From assembly GCA_015064185.1 (NCBI GenBank), contig SVSS01000004.1, positions 71,347 through 135,346 of the forward strand: a stretch of 64,000 bases of DNA, given 5' to 3'. Positions 47,163 to 56,298 of the stretch are shown here, piece by piece. The notes beneath the pieces are model-generated. The model worked only from the letters and a program-made list of their open reading frames with translations, searched no databases and was not told the origin of the DNA. Source of the DNA: Oscillospiraceae bacterium (GTDB taxonomy: Bacteria > Bacillota > Clostridia > Oscillospirales > CAG-272). Each line of letters begins with the position of its first letter. Positions within the stretch are counted from its first letter, which is position 1. Both the position numbers and the translations under genes were made by a program.

Positions 47163-47318
47163 TTCCTATCTCCTTTCCACTAATGTTTCACACTTTATAT
47201 TTTAATTTATATTGTCTGTTTTGTCAAGCAAAATCCGCATCTGTTTATGAATAGCAAGCGCGAGGTGAAACAAAAATCGACGGCAAAAAACATTTTGCAA
47301 AAATATTTCAAAAAACTA

Positions 47319-47347
47319 TTGACAAGCCAACACCTTTTTGCTATAAT
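47319..47347 (+). promoter_or_regulatory. consensus sigma-A promoter for tRNA-Thr
   Basis: TTGACA (47319-47324), 17 nt, then TGcTATAAT (-10 at 47342-47347). Confidence 0.8.
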
Positions 47348-47378
47348 ATCAAACGTCGCCGCACTCTGTGCGCTCGAT

Positions 47379-47454
47379 GCTGCTATAGCTCAGTCGGTAG
47401 AGCACGTCATTGGTAATGACGAGGTCATCGGTCCGAATCCGATTAGCAGCTCCA
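47379..47454 (+). tRNA. tRNA-Thr (anticodon GGU), CCA encoded
   Basis: Cloverleaf by hand: acceptor GCTGCTA/TAGCAGC, D stem GCTC/GAGC, anticodon stem CGTCA/TGACG with loop TTGGTAA, and T stem ATCGG/CCGAT with loop TCCGAAT. Confidence 0.9.
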
Positions 47455-47457
47455 TAC

Positions 47458-47487
47458 AAAAAAACCCGCCAATCGGCGGGTTTTTTT
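47458..47487 (+). terminator. intrinsic terminator after tRNA-Thr
   Basis: AAACCCGCC-aatc-GGCGGGTTT followed by TTTTT. Confidence 0.85.
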
Positions 47488-47590
47488 GCATGGTGTCGTT
47501 CCTCGGGACGAGGAGCGATGTGAAAGATTCAACCCGATGTTTAAAATTTACGTTGATATTTAAGTTTCCCAAAAATTCCTCTTATTTTCG

Positions 47591-47619
47591 TTGACAGTTC
47601 CCACAGGATATGTTATACT
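47591..47619 (+). promoter_or_regulatory. sigma-A promoter for valS
   Basis: TTGACA (47591-47596), 17 nt, then TGtTATACT. Only about 40 nt of leader precede the valS RBS. Confidence 0.75.
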
Positions 47620-47662
47620 AATTAATAATATTTTTGTATTACATGCTATCGGAGGTTTTATT

Positions 47663-50377
47663 ATGACCGAAAATCACGAGCTCCCCAAAACATACGCCCC
47701 CGGCGACTTTGAGGAGCGCATTTATAAAAATTGGTGCGACAAGGGCTATTTTACCGCCAAGATCGATAAAAAGAAAAAGCCCTACACCATTGTGATTCCG
47801 CCCCCAAACATCACGGGTCAGCTCCACATGGGCCACGCGCTTGACAACACCCTGCAGGATATCCTCATTCGCTACAAGCGCATGAGTGGATTTGCCACGC
47901 TTTGGCTCCCCGGCACCGACCATGCGTCCATTGCCACCGAGGCAAAGATCGTAGAAGCTATGCGTGCAGAGGGTGTAACCAAGGAGCAGATCGGGCGCGA
48001 AGGATTTCTCAAGCGCGCTTGGGCATGGAAGGAGCAATACGGTGGACGCATCGTTTCGCAGCTGAAGCGTCTTGGATCCTCCTGCGACTGGTCGCGCGAG
48101 CGCTTTACCATGGACGAGGGCTGCTCTGAGGCGGTAAAGGAAGTATTTGTGCGCCTGTTTGACAAGGGGCTGATCTACCGCGGCAACCGCATGGTAAACT
48201 GGTGCCCTACCTGTGTGACCTCCATTTCCGATGCCGAGGTTGAATACGAGGACAAGCCCGGTAACTTCTATCACCTGCTCTACCCCGTAAAGGAAACCGG
48301 TGAAATGCTGGAGCTTGCAACCACGCGCCCCGAAACTATGCTGGGCGATACCGCCGTTGCCATTAACGCGGAGGATCCGCGCTATCAGCACCTGCACGGC
48401 TGCCATGTGATCCTGCCTTTGATCAATCGCGAAATCCCGATCGTATGCGACGAGCATGCAGATATGACCAAGGGTACGGGCGTTGTAAAGATCACACCCG
48501 CACACGACCCCAACGACTACGAGGTTGGTGCACGCCATGATCTGCCGTTGGTGCGTGTATTCACCTATGACGGCAAAATGACAGGCGCTGCGGATAAGGC
48601 AGCCGCTGATAAGCTTCGTCAAAGCGGCACCGCTGCCGTGGGCGAGCCCGAGGTGCTGGATTGCGGCAAATACGCGGGGCTTACCACCGCCGAAGCACGC
48701 AAGGCGATCCTTGCCGACCTTGAGGCGGCAGGGCTTTTGAAGAGTGTAGAGCCCCTTGCCCACAACGTGGGCACCTGCTACCGTTGCCACCAGGTGATCG
48801 AGCCCATGGTATCCAAGCAATGGTTTGTAAAAATGGAGCCGCTTGCAAAGCCTGCTATTGCGGCAGTACGCGAGGGCAGAACCAAATTTGTGCCCGAGCG
48901 CTTTGAGAAAAACTATTTCCACTGGATGGAAAACATCCGCGATTGGTGTATCTCCCGTCAGCTTTGGTGGGGTCATCGCATCCCCGCCTTCTACTGTGAC
49001 GCTTGCGATGAGATCACCGTCACCAAGGAAGCAACGGCTAAATGCCCCAAGTGCGGCTGCGAGATGCGTCAGGATCCCGACACGCTTGACACCTGGTTCT
49101 CCTCGGCGCTCTGGCCCTTCTCTACCCTCGGCTGGCCGAGAAAAACAGAGGATCTCGACTTCTTCTATCCCACCAACACGCTGGTAACGGGCTACGATAT
49201 CATTACCTTCTGGGTATCGCGCATGATCTTTTCGGGCCTTGAATACACCGACAAGGAGCCCTTTGATACCGTGCTCATCCACGGCTTGGTGCGTGATGCA
49301 CAGGGTCGCAAAATGTCAAAATCCCTTGGCAACGGCATCGATCCCCTGCAGATCATCGATCAATACGGTGCCGATGCACTGCGCTTTGCACTTGCCACAG
49401 GCAACTCGCCCGGAAACGATATGCGCTTCTCTGATGAGAAGATTGAGGCGGCGCGTAACTTTGCAAACAAGCTTTGGAACGCCTCTCGCTTTGTACGCAT
49501 GAATCTTACCATTGACAAAATCGCTCTGCCGCAAGCCGAAAAGCTTGCCGCTGAGGACAAGTGGATTCTCAACGCCTACAACAACACCATCAAAACAGTG
49601 CGCAACGCGCTGGATAACTTTGAGCTTGGTGTGGCGCTTTCCACCCTTTACGATTTCCTTTGGGATATTTTCTGCGATTGGTATATCGAGCTCTCTAAGG
49701 CTCGCTTGGCAGACAAGGATACCGAAGCAAACCTGATTGCACAAAACGTGCTGGCATACGTGCTTGTAGGTACGCTTAAGCTTCTGCATCCCTTTATGCC
49801 CTTTATTACCGAGGAGATCTACGGCTCGCTGCCGCACGATTGCGAGAGCATTATGATCGACACCTATCCCGAGGCAAGCGCTGCCTTTGATTTTGCTGCA
49901 GATGCTGCCCAAATGGAGCGCGTGATCGCTGCCATTCGCGCCATCCGCCAGCGCCGCAACGAGATGAACGTGCCTCCCTCTCGCCGCGCCAAGGTGTATA
50001 TTGCAACCAAGCACCTTGACAGCTTTGGTGAGGCTACAGCACCCTTCTTTGCCCGTCTTGCCTCCGCCTCCGAGCTTGAAGTAGCCGAAAGCTTTGAGGG
50101 CGTGATCTCGGGTGACACCGCCGTGCAGATCGTAACCGATTCGGCAACAATCTTCCTGCCCTTGTCGGATATCATTGACACCGAAAAGGAAAGAGCGCGC
50201 CTTACCGCAGAGCAGCAAAAGCTGCTTGGCGAGATCGAGCGCGTGGAGAAGAAGCTGCAAAATGAAAGCTTTGTTGCAAAAGCACCTGCCGCTGTGGTAG
50301 ATGCCGAGCGCGAAAAGCTGCAAAAATACCGCGCAAACCTTGACGGCGTGCTTGCCGCCTTGGCTAAGCTTGGTTAA
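47663..50377 (+). CDS. valS: valine--tRNA ligase
   Basis: HIGH (PNITGQLHMGHAL), KMSKS, a CP1 editing domain, and a C-terminal coiled coil. ATG 47663 after GGAGG. Confidence 0.97.
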   Translation: MTENHELPKTYAPGDFEERIYKNWCDKGYFTAKIDKKKKPYTIVIPPPNITGQLHMGHALDNTLQDILIRYKRMSGFATLWLPGTDHASIATEAKIVEAMRAEGVTKEQIGREGFLKRAWAWKEQYGGRIVSQLKRLGSSCDWSRERFTMDEGCSEAVKEVFVRLFDKGLIYRGNRMVNWCPTCVTSISDAEVEYEDKPGNFYHLLYPVKETGEMLELATTRPETMLGDTAVAINAEDPRYQHLHGCHVILPLINREIPIVCDEHADMTKGTGVVKITPAHDPNDYEVGARHDLPLVRVFTYDGKMTGAADKAAADKLRQSGTAAVGEPEVLDCGKYAGLTTAEARKAILADLEAAGLLKSVEPLAHNVGTCYRCHQVIEPMVSKQWFVKMEPLAKPAIAAVREGRTKFVPERFEKNYFHWMENIRDWCISRQLWWGHRIPAFYCDACDEITVTKEATAKCPKCGCEMRQDPDTLDTWFSSALWPFSTLGWPRKTEDLDFFYPTNTLVTGYDIITFWVSRMIFSGLEYTDKEPFDTVLIHGLVRDAQGRKMSKSLGNGIDPLQIIDQYGADALRFALATGNSPGNDMRFSDEKIEAARNFANKLWNASRFVRMNLTIDKIALPQAEKLAAEDKWILNAYNNTIKTVRNALDNFELGVALSTLYDFLWDIFCDWYIELSKARLADKDTEANLIAQNVLAYVLVGTLKLLHPFMPFITEEIYGSLPHDCESIMIDTYPEASAAFDFAADAAQMERVIAAIRAIRQRRNEMNVPPSRRAKVYIATKHLDSFGEATAPFFARLASASELEVAESFEGVISGDTAVQIVTDSATIFLPLSDIIDTEKERARLTAEQQKLLGEIERVEKKLQNESFVAKAPAAVVDAEREKLQKYRANLDGVLAALAKLG

Positions 50378-50408
50378 AAAAGGGCTGCGCCAAGCGCAGC
50401 TCGCTTGG

Positions 50409-50447
50409 AAACGGTATAGCATTTCGATGCTATACCGTTTCTTTTTT
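50409..50447 (+). terminator. intrinsic terminator after valS
   Basis: AAACGGTATAGCAT-ttcg-ATGCTATACCGTTT forms a 14-bp stem, then CTTTTTT. A second small hairpin GGCTGCGC/GCGCAGC lies just upstream. Confidence 0.85.
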
Positions 50448-50531
50448 ACTTCCTCAAACATACATGCGTCGGTATAGAATTCCCCCTTGCCGAATATACT
50501 TTGTTTGAGAATGTTTTTTAAAGGTGATATT

Positions 50532-51056
50532 ATGAAACGATCGATTGGACTTTGGCAGTTCATGGGCTTTGCCGTGACCTCGCTTGCAGGTACACTTTTA
50601 CACTTTCTATACGATTGGCTTAACAAGGCCAAATGGATCGCGCCCTTTTCGGGTGTCAATGAATCCACGTGGGAGCACATGAAGCTGCTCTTTTGGCCTA
50701 TGCTCCTCTACGCTACCGTACAGAGCTTTTTCTTCGAGGATCGCTCCGATTTTTGGTGCGTAAAGCTTAAGGGAATATTGCTGGGGCTTGCCTTGATTCC
50801 CGTCATTTTTTATACCTATAACGGTGTGATCGGCAAATCTCCCGATTGGATCAACATTGCCATCTTCTTTATTTCCGCTGCCATTGTTTATATCTATGAA
50901 ACCAAACGATTTCAAAAAGGCACGTGCCCTTGCAAAAACCAAAAGCTTGCGATTGGTGTACTTTTTGGGGTTGCCGCTTTGTTTGTTGTGTTCACCTTTA
51001 AAACACCCGAAATAGGCATTTTCAAGGATCCGATTACGGGCACGTACGGTATATAA
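50532..51056 (+). CDS. small polytopic membrane protein (DUF6512-like)
   Basis: ATG 50532 after AAAGGTG. 174 aa with about 5 TM helices. The start MKRSIGLWQFMGFAVTSLAGTLLHFLYDW resembles DUF6512 proteins (from memory). Confidence 0.55.
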   Translation: MKRSIGLWQFMGFAVTSLAGTLLHFLYDWLNKAKWIAPFSGVNESTWEHMKLLFWPMLLYATVQSFFFEDRSDFWCVKLKGILLGLALIPVIFYTYNGVIGKSPDWINIAIFFISAAIVYIYETKRFQKGTCPCKNQKLAIGVLFGVAALFVVFTFKTPEIGIFKDPITGTYGI

Positions 51057-51065
51057 GAGTAAAGT

Positions 51066-51105
51066 AAAAAAGATCGCACGGGATCTAACCCGTGCGATCT
51101 TTTTT
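51066..51105. terminator. bidirectional intrinsic terminator
   Basis: AGATCGCACGGG-atctaa-CCCGTGCGATCT forms a 12-bp stem flanked by A5 and T6. Confidence 0.85.
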
Positions 51106-51115
51106 GTCGCAATTA

Positions 51116-52147
51116 TTACTGCTTTTCAGCGGATTTCAAAAATTTTTGAAAATACTCTATTAGCGTGGCGAAGTATTTTCGGTTAATGCTGTAAAGCATC
51201 GACTTTTTTACAGTCCTTGCTCTCACAACACCGCATTTTTCAAGCGTGTTTACATGATGATATGCGGTTGACGCAGGCAAGCCAAGCATTGCCTCAAGGT
51301 CCTTACAGGTGCACTCTCCCTTTTGCCTTATCACCTCAAGCATTTTTACACGGTTGACATCAGACAGTGCCGCGCCGAATTGCTCGGGAATAAGATCAAT
51401 ATGTTTTTTCTTCAACCGCTCAAGAGTAGTACGATAGTCGATCCCGATAAGATAGAGCATTTGTGAATGGCACCTAAGCTGCAAAAGATTTTTATTCAAA
51501 AGGCAAAATGAAAGATATATATTATTTTCGGTTTTCGGATGCTCAAGAAAGCCAAATCTCTCTTGCAGCAATTCATAATTCAGCTCATTATACACATCAA
51601 GTATCTTGGCATAATTTCTTTCGTAGTACGATGAAAGCTGAATATCCTTAGCCATAAGCTCATACTGCAGCAAACGAATATAAAACTCGGGGTCCATGAA
51701 AAATTCATACAGCTTAGCCTTTAATTTATCATCATAATCCGATTTTTTTACAATCTCAAATAAACGCTTTTTGGATAGTATACACTCATTTACTTCATTA
51801 TCGTTCAAATCCTCAAAATAGTATTTGATAACGTTTTTTGTAAACGAATCGTAATCAGACACTTCCCTTTGCAAAAAAGCAAGATCATACTCGGTGGTCA
51901 ATACCTGTGCATGGTTGTGAAAAAAGTTTAAGGTAAAGAAGCAATGTTTATCCGATGCGACTCTGAAAAAAATATACAGATCATCCGAGATCGGTTCAAA
52001 GAGCTTGAAATTCTCGGAAAAATATTTCATATCCTCTTCGTTGGCTTCAAACAATTCGGGAAACAGATCGACATTATATTTGTAGAAAAACAAAAAAATA
52101 AGGTCGTAAATATATCCGGGATTTTTGATAAGCTTTAAATCTGGCAT
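51116..52147 (-). CDS. ArsR-family wHTH regulator with a large uncharacterised N-terminal domain
   Basis: The C-terminal 90 aa (LSDVNRVKMLEVI...CTCKDLEAMLGLPASTAYHHVNTLEKCGVV) is an ArsR/SmtB HTH. The N-terminal roughly 250 aa is unassigned. Low GC. Confidence 0.7.
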   Translation of the reverse strand: MPDLKLIKNPGYIYDLIFLFFYKYNVDLFPELFEANEEDMKYFSENFKLFEPISDDLYIFFRVASDKHCFFTLNFFHNHAQVLTTEYDLAFLQREVSDYDSFTKNVIKYYFEDLNDNEVNECILSKKRLFEIVKKSDYDDKLKAKLYEFFMDPEFYIRLLQYELMAKDIQLSSYYERNYAKILDVYNELNYELLQERFGFLEHPKTENNIYLSFCLLNKNLLQLRCHSQMLYLIGIDYRTTLERLKKKHIDLIPEQFGAALSDVNRVKMLEVIRQKGECTCKDLEAMLGLPASTAYHHVNTLEKCGVVRARTVKKSMLYSINRKYFATLIEYFQKFLKSAEKQ

Positions 52148-52180
52148 TGCTTTACTCCTTTCCCAAGATCCTTCCCATAC

Positions 52181-52209
52181 ATTTTAACATGAAGCAGCTG
52201 ACTTGTCAA
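52181..52209 (-). promoter_or_regulatory. sigma-A promoter for the ArsR-like gene
   Basis: The minus strand reads TTGACA-17 nt-TGtTAAAAT. Confidence 0.65.
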
Positions 52210-52294
52210 GTTTTTACTTCCATTTATATTTTTAATAATTCATGAAAAGTTTTTTGAATTTCCAACACATGTTGAAAATAATAATTATTATCTC

Positions 52295-52308
52295 TTAACA
52301 ATTGTTAA
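52295..52308. promoter_or_regulatory. perfect 14-bp palindrome TTAACAATTGTTAA (candidate operator)
   Basis: Lies between the divergent promoters, 19 nt upstream of the XRE/ABC -35. Confidence 0.45.
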
Positions 52309-52326
52309 AATATACGCGCAATTCTA

Positions 52327-52355
52327 TTGACGATATCCGATATTTGTGATACAAT
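52327..52355 (+). promoter_or_regulatory. sigma-A promoter for the XRE/ABC operon
   Basis: TTGACG-17 nt-TGaTACAAT. Confidence 0.65.
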
Positions 52356-52410
52356 ACAAAAGAACTGCAATTATGATAGCTCATACCAATTTCGCAAAGG
52401 AGACATAACG

Positions 52411-52620
52411 GTGCTCGATATAAAAAATTTCGGAAAAAGGCTTTTCCACCTTCGTCACACAGCACACTTGCGGCAACAGGACGTGGCGCAAAGATGCTTC
52501 GTTTCGATTCAAGCCGTTTCCAAATGGGAACGTGGGCAAAGCTGCCCGGATCTTCTGATGCTGGATGACCTTGCCTCGGCACTCGGTGTTGAGATCAAGG
52601 ATCTGTTTGAAGAAAATTAA
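52411..52620 (+). CDS. small XRE-family HTH transcriptional regulator
   Basis: GTG 52411 after AAGGAG. Motif LRQQDVAQRCFVSIQAVSKWERGQSCPDLLMLDDLASALGV. 69 aa. Confidence 0.75.
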   Translation: MLDIKNFGKRLFHLRHTAHLRQQDVAQRCFVSIQAVSKWERGQSCPDLLMLDDLASALGVEIKDLFEEN

Positions 52621-52643
52621 ACATTTTGTCAGCGAGGTAAAAA

Positions 52644-54491
52644 ATGTCAAAGAATCCCAAAGAAAAGAAGAAAAAGCTTTCTTTTAAGCGAAATATCTCA
52701 AACAACCTTTTTGCGCTGAAAACAATATGGATCGCATCACCTTTATATTTATTTGTCTATCTGTCTTCCTCGGTCTTATACGGTGCCCTTGATTTCCTTT
52801 CAGGTACTTATCTTTTGAGGAAAATCGTCAACGGCATCTCAAACGGCGACCCCATAGCCAATATTTTGATGTTTACGGCAATACTTGGCACCGTTACGTT
52901 GATTACATACACATCTCTGCAATGGTTTTGGAATGTAACTTCTCAAAAAATGCACAGAAAAATTTCGATACATATCCAGAAGATGGTGTTTAAAAAAGCC
53001 GCAACGGTAGAGCTTGCATGCTATGAAACCCCTTCCTTTTACGACAAATATGTAAAAGCGATGGATGAAGCGCAAGAACGCATTATAAAAGTTATGCGTA
53101 CTCTTGACGGTTTGATACAAAAATTCACCGCGCTTTTTGCAAACTCTCTTTTGCTTTTTATCATTGACCCCGTACTTATTCTGTTTGGTCTGTTCCCTTT
53201 GTTGCTGGGCTTTTTCAGACGACTTGAAAATATCACCGCGCATAAATACAAAACCGAAAAAAAGCCCCTCAACCGCCGCAAGGAATATGTGCTGAGAACC
53301 TTTTATCTTAGCGAATACGCCAAGGAGATGCGTATTGGCAGTATGCATGAAAATATGCTGCGTGATTTCAGAGAAAGTATACACGATTTTTGCACGATTA
53401 CAAAAAAATACGGCACACGCAAGGCAATCTTCGGGTATATCCGAAAAGTAGGTCTTGAGGTGGTTACGGTACTGGGCGCTACGCTTTATGCAGTATGGAG
53501 CAACATGGTGATAGGTCCGCAAAACGGAGGCATGAACGTCGGCGACTGTATCGTTGTGATCGGTTCTATCGGCACAATATCTTATTGCCTGAACAACCTT
53601 ATTCAAAACTTTGCCGAATTTGGCGAGCACGCGCTTTTCCTTGAGGATATGCGCTTCTTTCTCGATTATGAGCCTACCATTGTTGACGGTGCGCTTGTCG
53701 CACCCGGCAGCGGCGAGGATATCACGGTAAAAAACGTTTCCTTTCAATATGACGGCGCGGCGCACGACACATTGAAAAACATCAGCTTTACCCTGCGAAA
53801 GGGTGAACGTATCGCACTTGTGGGAAGCAACGGGGCTGGCAAAACCACTCTGATCAAATTGATGCTGCGTCTGTATGACCCCAAAGAGGGAGAGATCATG
53901 CTCGGCGATAAAAACATAAAGGATTTTTCGCTCTCATCATATCGCAATTCCTTTAGCACGGTTTTTCAAGATTTTAAAATGTTTTCCATGAGTGTTAAGG
54001 ATAACGTCCTGCTCCGCCCCGAAAAAGGGGGAGATCGAGAGCTTGTAGAAAACGCGCTCAGGGAAAGCGGCGCCATGCAACGCATAGAACGCATGGAAAA
54101 CGGCATTGACACGGTGCTCACACGCGAATTTGACAAAAAAGGAGAAAATCTCTCGGTGGGCGAACAGCAAAAGCTGTCACTTGCAAGGATATTTGGGGAC
54201 AGCACACCTTATGTTATTCTCGATGAGCCTTCCAGTGCGCTTGACCCGATCGCCGAATACAAAATGTTTGAAAATATGATGCGCGCCACCGAGGGCAGAA
54301 GCGTTATATTCATCTCTCACAGACTTTCATCCGCCGTGCTTGCCGACAGAATCCTTCTTATGGAAAACGGCAGCATCACAGAGTCGGGAACTCACCGGGA
54401 GCTTATCGATCAAAACGGAAAATACGCCGAGATGTTTAGACGACAGGCGCAAAATTATCTTGGAAGCGAGGTGAGTTCAGATGCGCAATAA
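52644..54491 (+). CDS. ABC exporter, fused permease/ATPase subunit (heterodimer partner 1)
   Basis: Six-TM N-terminal domain, Walker A GSNGAGKTTL, signature LSVGEQQK, Walker B VILDEPSSALD, and H-loop ISHRL. Confidence 0.9.
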   Translation: MSKNPKEKKKKLSFKRNISNNLFALKTIWIASPLYLFVYLSSSVLYGALDFLSGTYLLRKIVNGISNGDPIANILMFTAILGTVTLITYTSLQWFWNVTSQKMHRKISIHIQKMVFKKAATVELACYETPSFYDKYVKAMDEAQERIIKVMRTLDGLIQKFTALFANSLLLFIIDPVLILFGLFPLLLGFFRRLENITAHKYKTEKKPLNRRKEYVLRTFYLSEYAKEMRIGSMHENMLRDFRESIHDFCTITKKYGTRKAIFGYIRKVGLEVVTVLGATLYAVWSNMVIGPQNGGMNVGDCIVVIGSIGTISYCLNNLIQNFAEFGEHALFLEDMRFFLDYEPTIVDGALVAPGSGEDITVKNVSFQYDGAAHDTLKNISFTLRKGERIALVGSNGAGKTTLIKLMLRLYDPKEGEIMLGDKNIKDFSLSSYRNSFSTVFQDFKMFSMSVKDNVLLRPEKGGDRELVENALRESGAMQRIERMENGIDTVLTREFDKKGENLSVGEQQKLSLARIFGDSTPYVILDEPSSALDPIAEYKMFENMMRATEGRSVIFISHRLSSAVLADRILLMENGSITESGTHRELIDQNGKYAEMFRRQAQNYLGSEVSSDAQ

Positions 54492-56292
54492 AGCCCCCAA
54501 AAAGAAACAAAAGATATCATCCATACTCAAAAACAATCTTTTTATGATAAAAAAGATTGCCAGATACACACCCGACTACTTTTTGTTTATGATCCTTGAG
54601 GGTGTTATCTGGGGATTTATCAATTCTGTTTCGGCATATTACACGTTTCATCTTTTGAACACCGTAAGCAAAGGTAGGGATTTTGCATACGCTGTCAAAA
54701 TAATTGCTCTCATGGCTTTATTCTATATCCTTGCTTACATGTTTGATCGGTGGTATTGGAGCGTACACAATCCCATATTGCGTCAAAAGCTGTATCTGAA
54801 GCTGCACGAGGAGCTTTTTGTAAAATCGCGCTCCCTTGATCTCGCTTGCTTTGACGATCCCGAATTCTACGACGATTACGTATGGGCAATGAATGAATCA
54901 CACACACGTGCCATAGAGGTGCTTGAGGATACAGGAAAGCTGATAAACCGAATTGTGGCTTCCACAACGCTGATCAGTCTGCTGATCAGCATAGATCCCG
55001 TTATTGCTTTGATCCTGCTTATATCCTCTGCCATCACTGTCATCTGCAATCTGATCGGAAATAAAGTAAGCTTTCGGTACAGCAAGGAATCAAATCCGCT
55101 TTGGCGAAAGAATTCCTATATAAACCGCATATATCGCCTTCCCGATTATGCCAAGGAACTTCGCATCAGCCGTGCCAATGATCTCATCATGAAGGAATAC
55201 GAAAAAAACGCAGGAAAAATCATCGAGGTTGATGTCAAATACGGCAAAAAATATTTTCTTCTGTACGGTATTGGCTGGAATGCCGCATTCAATCTTACCT
55301 ATTCTCTGATCCTTATATACATGATCATCATGCTTGGCAACGGTTCTCTTTTGATCGGTGGATTTGCAGCAAGTGCTACCGTAGTTGGAAAGATACGCTG
55401 GATGCTAACAGACCTTACGGAAAGGCTGACCAAATATGCAAAGCATTCCTTGTATGTAGAAAAATACCGCGAGTTTTTAAGATTTACCCCCCACATGAAA
55501 AAGGGCGCGCTACCATTGCCGATATTTGAAACACTTGAACTGAGAAACGTAAGCTTTTCCTACGAGTTTTCCGCCCACCCCAAATATCTTTTTCACGATG
55601 AAGATCATGTTGCGCAAAAAAAAGAAAACGAAAACAAGGATGCGCTGAAAAATGTCAATCTCACGATACGTGCGGGAGAAAAAATAGCGATTGTGGGATA
55701 TAACGGTGCAGGAAAAACCACGCTGATCAAGCTTATCATGCGTCTTTACGACCCAACCGAGGGGGAGATCCTTTACAACGGTATTAATATAAAGGAATTT
55801 GACACCGACGAATACCGCAAAATGATAGGCACTGTTTTTCAGGATTTCAAAATATTTGCTACCACTGTAGCAGAAAATGTTATGAACGGCAGTTATCATG
55901 CAACACAAGACGAAACAACCGTGCTAAATGCACTCAAAGCAGCAGATTTCACCGAAAAGCTCTCAGATCTTGCCGATGGAATACACACGCATCTCACACG
56001 CGAATTCAATGACAAAGGCACCAATCTTTCGGGTGGGGAAGCGCAAAAGGTAGCGATTGCACGTGTGTTTGCCAAGGACCACACCATTGTGATAATGGAC
56101 GAGCCCTCCAGTGCGCTTGATCCTATGGCTGAGTACAATCTTAACCAATCAATATTGCACAACACAGATAACAAAACCGTCATTTTTATCTCACACAGAC
56201 TTTCAACAACGCGCATTGCCGACAAAATATATATGTTTGATACAGGCAGGCTGATTGAAGAAGGCAGTCATAAAAAGGGGCGGATAAATTGA
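54481..56292 (+). CDS. ABC exporter, fused permease/ATPase subunit (heterodimer partner 2), C-terminus shorter than its partner
   Basis: Walker A GYNGAGKTTL, LSGGEAQK, VIMDEPSSALD, and ISHRLS. It ends ...EEGSHKKGRIN about 30 aa earlier than the paralog. Confidence 0.85.
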   Translation: MRNKAPKKKQKISSILKNNLFMIKKIARYTPDYFLFMILEGVIWGFINSVSAYYTFHLLNTVSKGRDFAYAVKIIALMALFYILAYMFDRWYWSVHNPILRQKLYLKLHEELFVKSRSLDLACFDDPEFYDDYVWAMNESHTRAIEVLEDTGKLINRIVASTTLISLLISIDPVIALILLISSAITVICNLIGNKVSFRYSKESNPLWRKNSYINRIYRLPDYAKELRISRANDLIMKEYEKNAGKIIEVDVKYGKKYFLLYGIGWNAAFNLTYSLILIYMIIMLGNGSLLIGGFAASATVVGKIRWMLTDLTERLTKYAKHSLYVEKYREFLRFTPHMKKGALPLPIFETLELRNVSFSYEFSAHPKYLFHDEDHVAQKKENENKDALKNVNLTIRAGEKIAIVGYNGAGKTTLIKLIMRLYDPTEGEILYNGINIKEFDTDEYRKMIGTVFQDFKIFATTVAENVMNGSYHATQDETTVLNALKAADFTEKLSDLADGIHTHLTREFNDKGTNLSGGEAQKVAIARVFAKDHTIVIMDEPSSALDPMAEYNLNQSILHNTDNKTVIFISHRLSTTRIADKIYMFDTGRLIEEGSHKKGRIN

Positions 56293-56298
56293 AAGCAA

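Noticed and set aside
47455-47662. Looked for a T-box leader upstream of valS
   Set aside because: A consensus promoter sits only about 40 nt before the RBS. I found no specifier-loop/T-box (AGGGTGGNACCGCG-like) sequence and no terminator/antiterminator pair, so valS appears to lack a T-box here.
47639-50680. Two very long minus-strand ORFs (547 aa and 454 aa) antisense to almost all of valS
   Set aside because: They have no RBS or promoter context and no recognisable motifs, and their composition (Gly/Ala/Val/Leu-rich) mirrors the sense codons. valS on the + strand has unambiguous HIGH/KMSKS motifs. Long stop-free antisense frames are expected opposite GC3-biased genes.
52839-53765. 308-aa minus-strand ORF inside the first ABC transporter gene. 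Similar antisense ORFs occur at 56975-58012 (in the CN-hydrolase gene) and 27665-28534 (in the kinase gene).
   Set aside because: All are antisense to genes with strong family motifs, and none has independent coding signals.
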